From: an uncultured virus (IMG/VR IMGVR_UViG_3300029305_011606)
Taxonomy: Duplodnaviria; Heunggongvirae; Uroviricota; Caudoviricetes
Virus record (IMG/VR): IMGVR_UViG_3300029305_011606
Reading direction: 5' to 3' (one strand)
DNA length: 35,236 nucleotides
A model generated the notes under the pieces. That model worked only from the letters and a program-made list of their open reading frames with translations. It was not told the origin of the DNA and ran no database searches. Made by a program: the position numbers and the translations under genes. Below, piece after piece: positions 1-9,402 of this stretch; within the stretch, counting starts at the first letter, position 1; every line of letters begins with the position of its first letter.

Positions 1-1
1 G

Positions 2-1207
2 AAGGAGAACATCGACACGCTGGACAGCAAGGGCGAACTGCTGATTACCATCATGTCCTCTCTGGCGCAGGAGGAAAGCCGATCCATTTCGGAAAACGTT
101 ACCTGGGGCTGGCGCAAGCGCATCTCGGATGGTAAGGTTTCTGTGGGATATGCCCACTTCCTTGGCTATGAGAAAGGCACAGGCGAAAAGGATAACCAGA
201 TGCGGATTGTTGAGGACGAGGCGCGAATCGTCCGTGAGATATACGCCCTCTTTCTGGACGGACAGACGCCCTCCAGCATCGCGGCCATCCTGACGGAGCG
301 CAGCATCCCGACCCCGGCCGGGAAGGTGAAATGGACGAACAGTACGGTACGATCCATCCTGACCAATGAAAAATACAAAGGCGATTCCCTTCTGCAAAAG
401 ACCTTCAAGCCTGATTTTCTGAGCAAAACGCAAGTAAATCGCGGCGAAGTGCCTCAGTTTTACGTAGAGAACAGCCACCCTGCCATTGTTACACCGGAAG
501 TATTCGATCTGGTGCAGTATGAGATGACGCGCCGTAGTCAGAAGGGTCGGCACACCAGCGCGGCCAGTATTTTCTCCAATCGCTTAGTTTGCGGTGGGTG
601 CGGCGCGTACTTTGGCAGCAAGGTTTGGCACAGCAACGACCCTTACCGCTGCGTTGTGTGGCGGTGTAATAGGAAGTACGACAAAGGCGCAGAGCGTTGT
701 CATACGCCCCATGTTCGAGAGGAAGAGGTCAAGACTGCTTTCCAGAAGGCCCTTGAGCAGATGCTTGAACGAAAGCAAGAGATCATTGCAGCCTACGAGG
801 CAGTGATCATGTGCCTGACCAATACGGATAAGCTGAACCGTGAGGCTGAACGGATTCAGACAGAACTGGACAGCTTTTATCTGGAGCTTAACCAGATGGT
901 GCGCAGAAACGCTGAAATGGTGCAGGATCAGGATGAGTACAACCGATCTTTCGATGCTTTGACCGCCAAATGCGAAAGGCTCAAGGAGCAGCAGCGCAAA
1001 ATCAACGATCAGCTGGCTGAGAAAGCCGGCAGAAAGATGAAACTGGAAGCCTTCATTGAGAGGATCAGGAATACAGATGGGCTTACTGAGTTTGACGAGC
1101 ATCTGTTCGCGGGAACGGTTGAACAAGTTATCGTCAATCGCAGCGAATCGAAAAACAAAAAAAGGCTGACCTTCTGTTTCAAGGATGGAACAGAGGTCAC
1201 CGTATAA
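2..1207 (+). CDS. Large serine recombinase (integrase) with recombinase and Zn-ribbon domains; 5' end lies outside the window
   Basis: The frame is open from base 2 (KENIDTLDSKGELLITIMSSLAQEESRSISENVTWG). It has the recombinase-domain motifs ILTNEKYKG and ENSHPAIV, a Zn ribbon CGGCG...WRC...C, and a C-terminal coiled coil. Confidence 0.93.
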   Translation, partial: KENIDTLDSKGELLITIMSSLAQEESRSISENVTWGWRKRISDGKVSVGYAHFLGYEKGTGEKDNQMRIVEDEARIVREIYALFLDGQTPSSIAAILTERSIPTPAGKVKWTNSTVRSILTNEKYKGDSLLQKTFKPDFLSKTQVNRGEVPQFYVENSHPAIVTPEVFDLVQYEMTRRSQKGRHTSAASIFSNRLVCGGCGAYFGSKVWHSNDPYRCVVWRCNRKYDKGAERCHTPHVREEEVKTAFQKALEQMLERKQEIIAAYEAVIMCLTNTDKLNREAERIQTELDSFYLELNQMVRRNAEMVQDQDEYNRSFDALTAKCERLKEQQRKINDQLAEKAGRKMKLEAFIERIRNTDGLTEFDEHLFAGTVEQVIVNRSESKNKKRLTFCFKDGTEVTV

Positions 1208-1214
1208 GCAATAA

Positions 1215-1277
1215 CCCCGCAAGCGGAGCTGGTGGCTGAGTGTTTCAGCTGGTGGCTTAGCTTGCGGGGCTTTTTTT
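1215..1277. terminator. Long hairpin terminator between convergent genes
   Basis: CCCCGCAAGC (1215-1224) pairs with GCTTGCGGGG (1260-1269) and is followed by C and T7. An inner GCTGA/TCAGC stem is also present. Confidence 0.75.
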
Positions 1278-1578
1278 ATTTCATGGAGGTTACCAGGTTC
1301 ATGAGCATTTCCTTCTGCTCTGGCGTCAGCGCCGCCCAACGCATAAAGAATTGCTGTTGTTCTGGGGTGAGTTCAACCAGTTTACCTTCTGCAAAGAACT
1401 GCGCAAGAGTAATGCCGAAGCCATCGCATATGGCCCGGAGCGAAGGAATCGTCGGCTCGGTGTTGCGCTTCCACATATTAGAGATAGTTGTCTGGGCAAG
1501 GCCAGACCGCTTGGCCAGTTCATAAATCGTCCAACCGCGTTCATCCATGAGCTCTTTAATACGGGTTTTAGCGTCCAT
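1276..1578 (-). CDS. XRE-family helix-turn-helix transcriptional regulator
   Basis: RIKELMDERGWTIYELAKRSGLAQTTISNM...PTIPSLRAICDGFGITLAQFF. The start was moved to 1578 because an AGGAGAG RBS precedes it. Confidence 0.92.
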   Translation of the reverse strand: MDAKTRIKELMDERGWTIYELAKRSGLAQTTISNMWKRNTEPTIPSLRAICDGFGITLAQFFAEGKLVELTPEQQQFFMRWAALTPEQKEMLMNLVTSMK

Positions 1579-1654
1579 AGCAACTCTCCTGATCATCATT
1601 CATACTGGTATAATTGTACTAATCATTTGAACTGTAAAAAAGAAATCATAAGGG

Positions 1655-1684
1655 TTGCTAATTACACATCATATGAGTTATAAT
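1655..1684 (+). promoter_or_regulatory. Putative sigma-A promoter upstream of the resolvase
   Basis: TTGCTA (1655-1660), 18 nt, then TATAAT (1679-1684). An extended -10 TGgTATAAT also occurs at 1606-1614. Confidence 0.45.
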
Positions 1685-1847
1685 TAGGATGGTAAATGAT
1701 ACGCATTCGAGGGTTTCGGACCGTTCGAATATGTACGGAGGTGATGGCAGAAATGTAATGATACCAAGTGTTTCCTCAACTTCATATATAGTTTCAGGCG
1801 CTTTCTGTAGAATAAGGGTTACACCCGAATGTACAGGAGGCAAGAAA

Positions 1848-2444
1848 ATGAACACAACAACTTACGGATATGTCCGTGTCTCGACCCGTGAGCAGAATGA
1901 AGATCGCCAACTCATCGCAATGCGGCAGTTCGGAGTTGATGAGGATAGCGTTTTCATTGACAAGCAGTCGGGAAAGGACTTCAATCGCCCACAATACCGA
2001 AAGCTGGTCAGAAAGCTGAAATGCGATGATACACTGGTAATCAAGAGTATTGACCGGCTCGGGCGCAATTATGAGGAGATCATTGAGCAGTGGCGGATTA
2101 TCACCAAAGAAAAAAAGGCAGCCATCGTAGTGTTGGACATGCCTTTGCTGGATACTCGGCAGGGACGGGATCTGACCGGGACACTGATCGCTGATATTGT
2201 TCTTCAGTTGCTCTCGTATGTGGCGCAAACCGAAAGAGAATTCATTCGGCAAAGACAGGCCGAGGGCATTGCCGCCGCAAAGCAGAAGGGCGTTCGGTTT
2301 GGGCCGAAACCGAAGGATCGCCCCGATAAGTACCAATATTGCTACGAGAAGTGGCAGCGAGGAGAAATGTCGGCAAGAGAGGCCAGTCGAATACTCGGAA
2401 TATCACATACTACTTTTCTCCGTTGGACTGAAAGCGGCGCTTGA
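1848..2444 (+). CDS. Small serine recombinase (resolvase/invertase family)
   Basis: Catalytic YGYVRVST motif, DKQSGK..RP, SIDRLGRN, ERE.IRQRQ.EGI and a C-terminal HTH. AGGAGG at 1835-1840 supports ATG 1848. Confidence 0.95.
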   Translation: MNTTTYGYVRVSTREQNEDRQLIAMRQFGVDEDSVFIDKQSGKDFNRPQYRKLVRKLKCDDTLVIKSIDRLGRNYEEIIEQWRIITKEKKAAIVVLDMPLLDTRQGRDLTGTLIADIVLQLLSYVAQTEREFIRQRQAEGIAAAKQKGVRFGPKPKDRPDKYQYCYEKWQRGEMSAREASRILGISHTTFLRWTESGA

Positions 2445-2775
2445 GTCACACGTCAAAAAATGAGCTATTTCAACAAAATTTGGTGTGGGTAGTAGGAATC
2501 GTGAACCAGCTTATTCTATGAACCATACCAAGCTATTTACCCAGCATATCCCCTCGAAAGTGCCTGATTCGCCTACTTATAAGTATACAAAATAATTATA
2601 CTACGGATGGCCTATAAAGTCTACAATTTGAACCAGTGACTATTCTAAGATAAGAGGAAGGATGTGGTTTTTTGTAAGTAACTCGTTTAATGGGTATTTG
2701 TTCGGTGTGAGAAATTTGAAGGTTGTCAGAGCATAAAAGTCCCTACACTCTAAGAAGGCATATAGGAGGATCATT

Positions 2776-5493
2776 ATGAACAATGTAACTGCTAGTGACG
2801 AAATGGTATTGTTTGATAAATACAGAGTCAAGTTGCATTCCTTGGTCAGCGATTCGGTGAGGTATGCTGAAGAACTGCAAGAAGACGCCGACTTTTCAGG
2901 ATATAGTGCGAAAATCATTGATGAATTGCGCTATTCACAGAAGATTCTCGCTGATAACATTATGCCGACATCGTTGTTTTCTGCATTTCAGAAAGGTAAG
3001 TCTACGACAACAGTTGCAATGGCTGATGGGCATGAAATTACGCCCTGTGGAAAAGGTGGCGGCGGCATTCGCCTAAGTGCTGTTCCGTTAACAATCTATC
3101 ATGATCGTCATGCTACTCAGGTGACAGTCAACACTTATTCAAAGGAGAAGTTAGTCCGAAGAATTATGGAGGTGGCTGGAGAGCACTTAGATGCACAGGA
3201 TTTTGAATATGATCTTGATAATGAAGAACATAGGAGATTCTTGAAAGCTGCGATATGCAAAGAGATTGCATTATTTCAGCAGTTGAATCCAAAGGAAGAT
3301 ACCTATGATATCGATAAGATGAACATGCTAAGGAGTGCCATACTGACTATTGCACTGTATGGATCACCAGAACATAAAAACCTATGTGCAGGCGCATATA
3401 AGTCGATTGACGATATTCAGTCTTTTATCAGTTTTTCTACAGAATTGGAGAAAAAGTGGGAAAATCTGAGACGAATGGGCTTTGATGTTGTCTATGCAAA
3501 AGATGAACAGGGCACTTCACTCTTCGTTCCTAAAGAGCATCTTTATGTATTTGTGGAAAGCATTATCGTTCCTGTGCACTCTGAATTTATGGAAGAAACA
3601 GGAACTGCCGTGATTGATGCGCCAGGCACTATGGCTAGCATTGAAGACACGGAGCGTGCACTAAAAGCTGCAAATGAAGCCGCCGTGGTACTCTACATTC
3701 TCGATGGTGAGTCACAGCTTTCTCAGTCCGATACTAACATGTTGAAGATACTTCGAAATGCTGGTATGGCTGAAAAGGTGGTCTTTGTAATCAATTTCCG
3801 GAAAAATCCCTTGATTATTCAACAAGCAGGTGGAATTGGGGAAGCTATCTTAGCGGGTATTCAGCAACAGGGTTATACAATGCCTCATCATAGCTATCTG
3901 CTATATTATAATGCCTTTTTAGCAGTTCGCGCAGCTCAGGGCAAACTGCTTATGGAAGGCAAGCTTGACAAATTGTCTGAAGATGCGATCATGGAAGATG
4001 CCCGGAAACGGCTTCTTAAGTGTGAGACAGTAATGGATGCGTGGAAAAAGACGACATCACGTGTTCTAAGAGCGGTAGATGCAGATGACGCTGCCGATAA
4101 TCTGGCGCAGAATGGTCTGTGTAAAGAAACAGTAGCTGAAATATTAGAAGTAAGCCAGTGGCGAGAGATGATTGATAAATTGCGGGCTCATGTAATGAAT
4201 AACCGAGTAGCAGGCATTTTGCGCGATTTAGGTGCAAGACCAGTCATTGGAGCTCTCAAAGGAATAGAAAGTTCTCTTAGCAGTACCGAGAAGGCTATGA
4301 GTAACAATCTAGAAGAAGCTCGTAAGCGTTATGCCGAAGCTCGGAAGAAGCTCGATCAATTTGCTGAGAAAACGGATAGCTTGTTGGATAGGCATCTTCC
4401 GGAGAGTGTCGATGAGGAAATTGCAAAGGATTATTTTGATCATGTAATTCTAGGGGCCATTGATATTGCAGCTACGGAAGCCGCGCCGGAAGTGTTCAAG
4501 GAATCTGGTGTGGTTGGTCAGGCGAAGAATTTAGGCAACAAGATTGTAACGGGTCTAAAAAGAGTTGGTCGCGTTGCAAAGCATGCGGTGACAGGCCAAT
4601 CACTGTCTGCTGCATGGGAGATCGATGAAGATGCTCCGGAATGGTTACAGGAAAGATGTCAGAGCATCATTAAGAAGCACCTTCAGAAAGCAATGGTGCA
4701 GACAGCATCGAGTTGGGCTGGAAAACTAGAGAAAACCTCTGTGTATCAGCTTAATATTCGTAACAAAGTTTTGGATATTAGTGATGCCATGAAACAACTT
4801 TGGAAGGATCTTGGGCTCGAACAAGATGAGAAGCTGTCAAGCATCAAACCAGTTCCTGATGGATTGACTGGTAAAATGTCGGTAGATATCGTCAATTCTG
4901 AGATTCGAACGATTCTAGTAAATACGACTCTTTCTGCCAATTTAACCGTGACTGCTATGCTCAAGTCAGTTGGTGCAGGTGTGGGAACTGCGGTTGGACT
5001 TACATATCTATACTATTTCGTTTTGCCATTGGACTTTGTAATTCCGGGTTTTGCGGAGTTGCTGTTAATTGTTTCTGCAGCAGTGGCGGCTATTGTATTT
5101 GCTGTCAGCAAAAAGAAAAAGGCAAAGCATATCGCTAAGCTGGCAGAAAATATTTCCAAGGAACTTTATGCGAATTTCCAGAAAAAGAAGGATGATATTG
5201 TCCAAATGATTGCTACTGGGATGGATGAGGATGGAAATCCTCTGAATCAGGAGGATGAACCAGGGATTTCCTCAATTCGTTTGTTCTACATTTCTTTGTT
5301 CAAGTCGATTTTGGAAATGCAACGCAATGATTTGTCCACGAATGAAAAGAATGAACTGGCGCTCCTTAAGATGTCCGATAAGCAGCGGAAAGAAGTTGTT
5401 GAAAAAGCAAAGACATGGCGTGTGAAGAAGATAGAACCTCTTCGCAGGAAGCTTGATAGTACATTGGAAGAAATCACTCAGATTTGGTCATGA
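2776..5493 (+). CDS. Bacterial dynamin-like GTPase, full length
   Basis: G1-like SAFQKGKST, G3 VIDAPG and G4-like VFVINF, followed by a helical/coiled-coil stalk and a hydrophobic hairpin (VGAGVGTAVGLTYLYYFVLP...LLLIVSAAVAAIVFAV) ending in KKKK. AGGAGG RBS. Confidence 0.82.
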   Translation: MNNVTASDEMVLFDKYRVKLHSLVSDSVRYAEELQEDADFSGYSAKIIDELRYSQKILADNIMPTSLFSAFQKGKSTTTVAMADGHEITPCGKGGGGIRLSAVPLTIYHDRHATQVTVNTYSKEKLVRRIMEVAGEHLDAQDFEYDLDNEEHRRFLKAAICKEIALFQQLNPKEDTYDIDKMNMLRSAILTIALYGSPEHKNLCAGAYKSIDDIQSFISFSTELEKKWENLRRMGFDVVYAKDEQGTSLFVPKEHLYVFVESIIVPVHSEFMEETGTAVIDAPGTMASIEDTERALKAANEAAVVLYILDGESQLSQSDTNMLKILRNAGMAEKVVFVINFRKNPLIIQQAGGIGEAILAGIQQQGYTMPHHSYLLYYNAFLAVRAAQGKLLMEGKLDKLSEDAIMEDARKRLLKCETVMDAWKKTTSRVLRAVDADDAADNLAQNGLCKETVAEILEVSQWREMIDKLRAHVMNNRVAGILRDLGARPVIGALKGIESSLSSTEKAMSNNLEEARKRYAEARKKLDQFAEKTDSLLDRHLPESVDEEIAKDYFDHVILGAIDIAATEAAPEVFKESGVVGQAKNLGNKIVTGLKRVGRVAKHAVTGQSLSAAWEIDEDAPEWLQERCQSIIKKHLQKAMVQTASSWAGKLEKTSVYQLNIRNKVLDISDAMKQLWKDLGLEQDEKLSSIKPVPDGLTGKMSVDIVNSEIRTILVNTTLSANLTVTAMLKSVGAGVGTAVGLTYLYYFVLPLDFVIPGFAELLLIVSAAVAAIVFAVSKKKKAKHIAKLAENISKELYANFQKKKDDIVQMIATGMDEDGNPLNQEDEPGISSIRLFYISLFKSILEMQRNDLSTNEKNELALLKMSDKQRKEVVEKAKTWRVKKIEPLRRKLDSTLEEITQIWS

Positions 5494-5516
5494 CAAAGTG
5501 AAAGAAGGCGAATCTC

Positions 5517-6416
5517 TTGCGGAAATGGGCGGATTTTATCAATGAAGGCCACATTGATAAGGAACTGACGAGAGAAAAACCCATTATTGCCATTATGGGA
5601 TGCTACCAAATTGGCAAATCAACGCTTCTTAATTGTTTGTTACACGATTATGTGGCTTTGACAGGCAAGGGACTGGCTACTACATCCCTTACGGCTAGGT
5701 ACAGGTATGGGACAGAGCGATCAATTGCTTATCGTAGCCGTAAGGGACAACTTGTTTCAACAGATATTGCGTTATTGCAGACTCAAGCCGTTCTTAACGA
5801 TATCTCAGAAGAAAGCGCCTTTCATGTGGAGGCTCGTTTCAAACACGAGTTACTACATAGCTTCGATGTCGTAGATACCCCCGGCTTTAATGCAAATGAA
5901 TCGGACACCCATAAAACAATGCAATCGATGTCGGATGTGCATTATGTATTATTCATGATGCCAAATCGCTCTTTTACGCAGATAGAAAAAAGTATCTTGA
6001 CAACTCTTTACCAGAGAAAGATACCTTTTTCGGTCATCATGAATTGCGTCAACGGAAGACGAGAAGAAAGATGGCTTCCACACCATCAATTGAATCAAGC
6101 AATCTGTCAAGAAAACAGTGCATGGCTTCAAGCGAATATCTTGGATAATGTTATTCAAATAGAAGGACGGAATGTCTTTCCATTCAACGCCATGTTTTAT
6201 TGGTCGCAACAGAATGCTTTTGAATCGAGCTTTAAATATATTGATAGACCGGAAACTGTGCATAAGCATATTGCTGGCCTTTTTAGCGAGGAAGGTATTA
6301 ACTATACTTCTGCAAGCGTTATAGAGCAAAGTAATGTTCCGCAGTTGACAGAGCATTTGCAGAAAATGGTTGAAAGATATGACCCAATTACGCACGCATG
6401 GAGAGGGATGAAATAA
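5517..6416 (+). CDS. Dynamin-family GTPase, G-domain only
   Basis: IAIMGCYQIGKSTLLN (G1), ATTS (G2), VVDTPGFN (G3), SVIMN (G4). No stalk or TM region. TTG start. Confidence 0.85.
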   Translation: MRKWADFINEGHIDKELTREKPIIAIMGCYQIGKSTLLNCLLHDYVALTGKGLATTSLTARYRYGTERSIAYRSRKGQLVSTDIALLQTQAVLNDISEESAFHVEARFKHELLHSFDVVDTPGFNANESDTHKTMQSMSDVHYVLFMMPNRSFTQIEKSILTTLYQRKIPFSVIMNCVNGRREERWLPHHQLNQAICQENSAWLQANILDNVIQIEGRNVFPFNAMFYWSQQNAFESSFKYIDRPETVHKHIAGLFSEEGINYTSASVIEQSNVPQLTEHLQKMVERYDPITHAWRGMK

Positions 6417-6868
6417 TGAGTCGCTATTACAGTTTTAATGATTTTATGAACGATGTATTGGATCGGGCAAATGAGGTGTGTCAAGCACAGCATCAAGTTT
6501 CTCTGGAGGATTACTACAAAGTATCAAACCAAACTATGCGAACAATCCGAAAACTCATCAGTTCAGGATGGTACGTGTTTGCTGCTGTTGTTGCTCTGTT
6601 TGCTGCAGGAGGATTGGGCTTAGGTGTAGCAATTGTAGCATTTCTTTCAACCCCACCAGGAATGATTGTCGCCGCTGTTCTTGGTGTAACCGCTGTTGCG
6701 TCTATCAGGAAAATGTATCAGGAAAGAGTATTGCCAAATGCGGTTCGTGATGTTGGCAATCAATACAAGGGCAAATGGGAGATGATAGAAGGCAATCGTT
6801 CTGCAATTGATAGTCTTGTCTATGAAGCAGCAGATCAACTTCTAAAAAAGGCTGCTGCCAACTACTGA
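6416..6868 (+). CDS. Small membrane protein with a hydrophobic hairpin
   Basis: TAATG stop/start overlap with the GTPase. Hydrophobic Gly/Ala-rich segments WYVFAAVVALFAAGGLGLGVAIVAFL and MIVAAVLGVTAVASI. Confidence 0.8.
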   Translation: MSRYYSFNDFMNDVLDRANEVCQAQHQVSLEDYYKVSNQTMRTIRKLISSGWYVFAAVVALFAAGGLGLGVAIVAFLSTPPGMIVAAVLGVTAVASIRKMYQERVLPNAVRDVGNQYKGKWEMIEGNRSAIDSLVYEAADQLLKKAAANY

Positions 6869-6881
6869 TTGAGGTGCTGTT

Positions 6882-7883
6882 ATGAAGATTGTATTGTATT
6901 CGGCACCATATTATACGAAACACTGTCAATGTACATATATCGGTATCGAAGGCATTGATTATACGGTAGATGACAAGCGTTTCCGTTCCTTTGTTGCAGA
7001 CAGACCAATGACACAGTGGTTGTTACCTTATACGGTACGCTTGTTTCACTGGCGTGGGATATTGGCTGAGCTTCTGGATGCCTTGAATGACACTTGTCTG
7101 GATTTTGTCTTTTACGGTTTGAAATCAGATTTTGAGGTGTTTTGCCGCGAAATAAGAATTCAAGAGCAATCTCTGGCTTGTGAATATAGAACTGCGCTTC
7201 AAATTAGTGTAATGTATGGATGTAACCCTTGGGATGAGGCGCTTGTTGAGAAAATTGTTCCTATGCTTACGCAAACAATTGATGCCTCTGCAAGTTCCAA
7301 TATAGCACAATTAATTGAAGCGAAGCGTGACCTGTTAAAGCAGCCAACAAGCATGTGTGGGAAATGGATAGCACAATCTGATCCCTCAGATGAAGACAAG
7401 AAGTTACTTATGGAAGTCGGAATGACAGAGGGCAAACATGAAGTTCTGCTTGATGCATTCATATTAGACGGTGAGCGCGATGCAGACGAACAAGCACTAT
7501 TTTGCATCAAGTATGCTTCCTGTCCTTGGGAAGATTTACAGTGCAATAAACGTATATATATGCTTGTTGAAGACCAACAGAATGGAAAGAACGCAGTTGA
7601 ACGGTTGCTGTCTGTAATGCGCGAGAAAGGCCATTACATACAGAATATTGTTGCCGTTACTTCGTACAAGGAAATCGTTAGCGATATAAAGTCTGTAAAT
7701 TATTTGATGGACTGTTATATTCCGCGAATGCTTGCTGCGGCTATTGATGAATTGATGGTAGCTTGGAATGAGATTCCATCAGATATCGTCGATCAGGAAC
7801 TATATGAAGTACGCAACCGTCTAGCGACAATTCAACGACCGCGTGATTGGATCAACTCCTTAACTAGTAGGCTAATCGACTGA
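6882..7883 (+). CDS. Hypothetical protein of the dynamin operon
   Basis: 333-aa ORF with a GAGGTG RBS and tight spacing to its neighbours. No catalytic motif recognised. Confidence 0.75.
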   Translation: MKIVLYSAPYYTKHCQCTYIGIEGIDYTVDDKRFRSFVADRPMTQWLLPYTVRLFHWRGILAELLDALNDTCLDFVFYGLKSDFEVFCREIRIQEQSLACEYRTALQISVMYGCNPWDEALVEKIVPMLTQTIDASASSNIAQLIEAKRDLLKQPTSMCGKWIAQSDPSDEDKKLLMEVGMTEGKHEVLLDAFILDGERDADEQALFCIKYASCPWEDLQCNKRIYMLVEDQQNGKNAVERLLSVMREKGHYIQNIVAVTSYKEIVSDIKSVNYLMDCYIPRMLAAAIDELMVAWNEIPSDIVDQELYEVRNRLATIQRPRDWINSLTSRLID

Positions 7884-7899
7884 TAGAAGGAGAGTTAAT

Positions 7900-8256
7900 A
7901 TGGAATTTGGGAAACTTGGGATTGAGCGGGTGAATGGACAAGAAGTTAACGAGATTAAGGAAGCGATAGAAGAAATCTCCAACGTTTCCGACTATGAAGC
8001 GGTACTTGATGAAATAATGGAAAGTCTGGAAGGCCGAGATTTCCAAATTCCATCAGAAGAAGAAGTCTCAGAAATGGCAGAATTTCTCGGCATTTCTGGA
8101 CAAGATCTTCAAAAGCTGGTTGATTTTGTCGCAGATCCACGATCCGCATTAGAAGATGTAATCATGCAAGATGTAAAACCCAATGACAATTACCTTGCGT
8201 ACTGCACATTTGCTGGTTGTCAGGGAACCTGTCGTGGATGCGCAGGACGACACTAG
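7900..8256 (+). CDS. Putative RiPP precursor: long acidic leader and Cys-rich C-terminal core
   Basis: AAGGAG RBS. About 100 acidic, Cys-free residues are followed by CTFAGCQGTCRGCAGRH. The gene lies 11 nt upstream of a radical SAM/SPASM gene. Confidence 0.72.
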   Translation: MEFGKLGIERVNGQEVNEIKEAIEEISNVSDYEAVLDEIMESLEGRDFQIPSEEEVSEMAEFLGISGQDLQKLVDFVADPRSALEDVIMQDVKPNDNYLAYCTFAGCQGTCRGCAGRH

Positions 8257-8267
8257 GAGATGGTTGT

Positions 8268-9389
8268 ATGATATGGCCTACCAAAGGACACAAATCTCGT
8301 AAGGAGCTTTGTTTACTGATCAGTCATAAGTGCAACTTAAATTGTACCTATTGCTACGTTGATAAATCGGCAAATAAGACAGAATTGATGCCGTTGAAAG
8401 TGGCTCAGCAAGCTATAACAGAACTGTTTGCAGATCCAGATTATGAAGAAGTCGAAATTTCTTTCCTGGGTGGCGAACCACTGCTATGCTTTGAGAGAAT
8501 TGCAGAAATCGCTCAATGGGTGATGGATCAATCTTGGAATAAGCCGTATATCCTATTTGCAACAGTAAACGGAACATTACTGAACAATGAGATGAAAGCG
8601 TGGTTTCGAGAAAGGAAAGATAGGTTTTATCTTTGTGTGAGTTATGATGGAAAGTATCACGCACAGGATATAAACAGGAGCGAATCTAACCATCAAATCG
8701 ATATAGATTTCTTTGTAGAGACATGGCCAGATCAGCCGATAAAAATGACTTTGTCTGAAGAAGCTGCCCCCTATCTTGCTAGAAACGTAATCGATTTGCA
8801 TGAAAGGAATGTTGAAATCGATGCGAGTATTGCGCTAGGAACTCCGTGCTGGAAAAAGGATTCCGTCCGTGTTTTCCGCCAACAACTTGACTTGCTAGCG
8901 GATTATTATCTCACAAAGCCAGATGTGATACCAATTGCATTTCTGAGGCATGATTTGCGTGGAATATGGGCAAAAGAGGACAAGAATACCCGATACTGTG
9001 GTGCAGGCAAACAGTTTTCAGCTGTGTATTTGGATGGAAGTAAGCATCCGTGTCATTTGTTGTCGCCACTGGTACTTTCGTCTGAGAAAATGAAAAAAGC
9101 CGAAGCACTGGATATTTGGAATACAGTTATTTCAGATATGCCTGTATGCAATGATTGTATGATTCGAAGATTTTGCCCCATGTGCATTGGAATGAATTTT
9201 AAGTGCATGGGTCATCCTGCGATGCGTGATAAAAACAGTTGTATGCTGGTTAAGCAGCAACTTCTTGCTGCCTGTCGTTTTCAGACACACTTGATGATGC
9301 GTAATCCTAACAAGGATAAAAGTGATCTGGAAATGGCAAAAGCAGTGGTCGTCTTATCACAAGCATTGAAGAAAATGGATATTGACTAA
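8268..9389 (+). CDS. Radical SAM/SPASM peptide maturase 1
   Basis: CNLNCTYC, FLGGEP, TVNG, VSYDG and SPASM cysteines YCGAG...PC...CNDC..RRFCPMC...C. AGGAG RBS before ATG 8268. Confidence 0.92.
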   Translation: MIWPTKGHKSRKELCLLISHKCNLNCTYCYVDKSANKTELMPLKVAQQAITELFADPDYEEVEISFLGGEPLLCFERIAEIAQWVMDQSWNKPYILFATVNGTLLNNEMKAWFRERKDRFYLCVSYDGKYHAQDINRSESNHQIDIDFFVETWPDQPIKMTLSEEAAPYLARNVIDLHERNVEIDASIALGTPCWKKDSVRVFRQQLDLLADYYLTKPDVIPIAFLRHDLRGIWAKEDKNTRYCGAGKQFSAVYLDGSKHPCHLLSPLVLSSEKMKKAEALDIWNTVISDMPVCNDCMIRRFCPMCIGMNFKCMGHPAMRDKNSCMLVKQQLLAACRFQTHLMMRNPNKDKSDLEMAKAVVVLSQALKKMDID

Positions 9390-9402
9390 GGAGGAGATCA
9401 TT

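Larger units (their letters stand above)
1..2444. mobile_element. Recombination module of a genomic island/ICE-like element (large serine recombinase, XRE regulator, resolvase); boundaries not identifiable
   Basis: Two serine recombinase genes and an XRE gene lie directly before an AT-richer cargo block. No att sites were identified. Confidence 0.55.

Noticed and set aside
1228..1255. Two copies of the E. coli Chi octamer GCTGGTGG
   Set aside because: The host looks like a Firmicute, where Chi differs, and the octamer also occurs incidentally within coding regions.
584..1339. 251-aa minus-strand ORF, and similar antisense ORFs such as 20556-21302, 26317-27042 and 30907-31710
   Set aside because: They overlap well-supported + strand genes and lack motifs, as expected for shadow ORFs.
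1689..1847. Upstream extensions given by the ORF track (resolvase and several other genes)
   Set aside because: Strong RBSs and domain starts support the downstream start codons used here.
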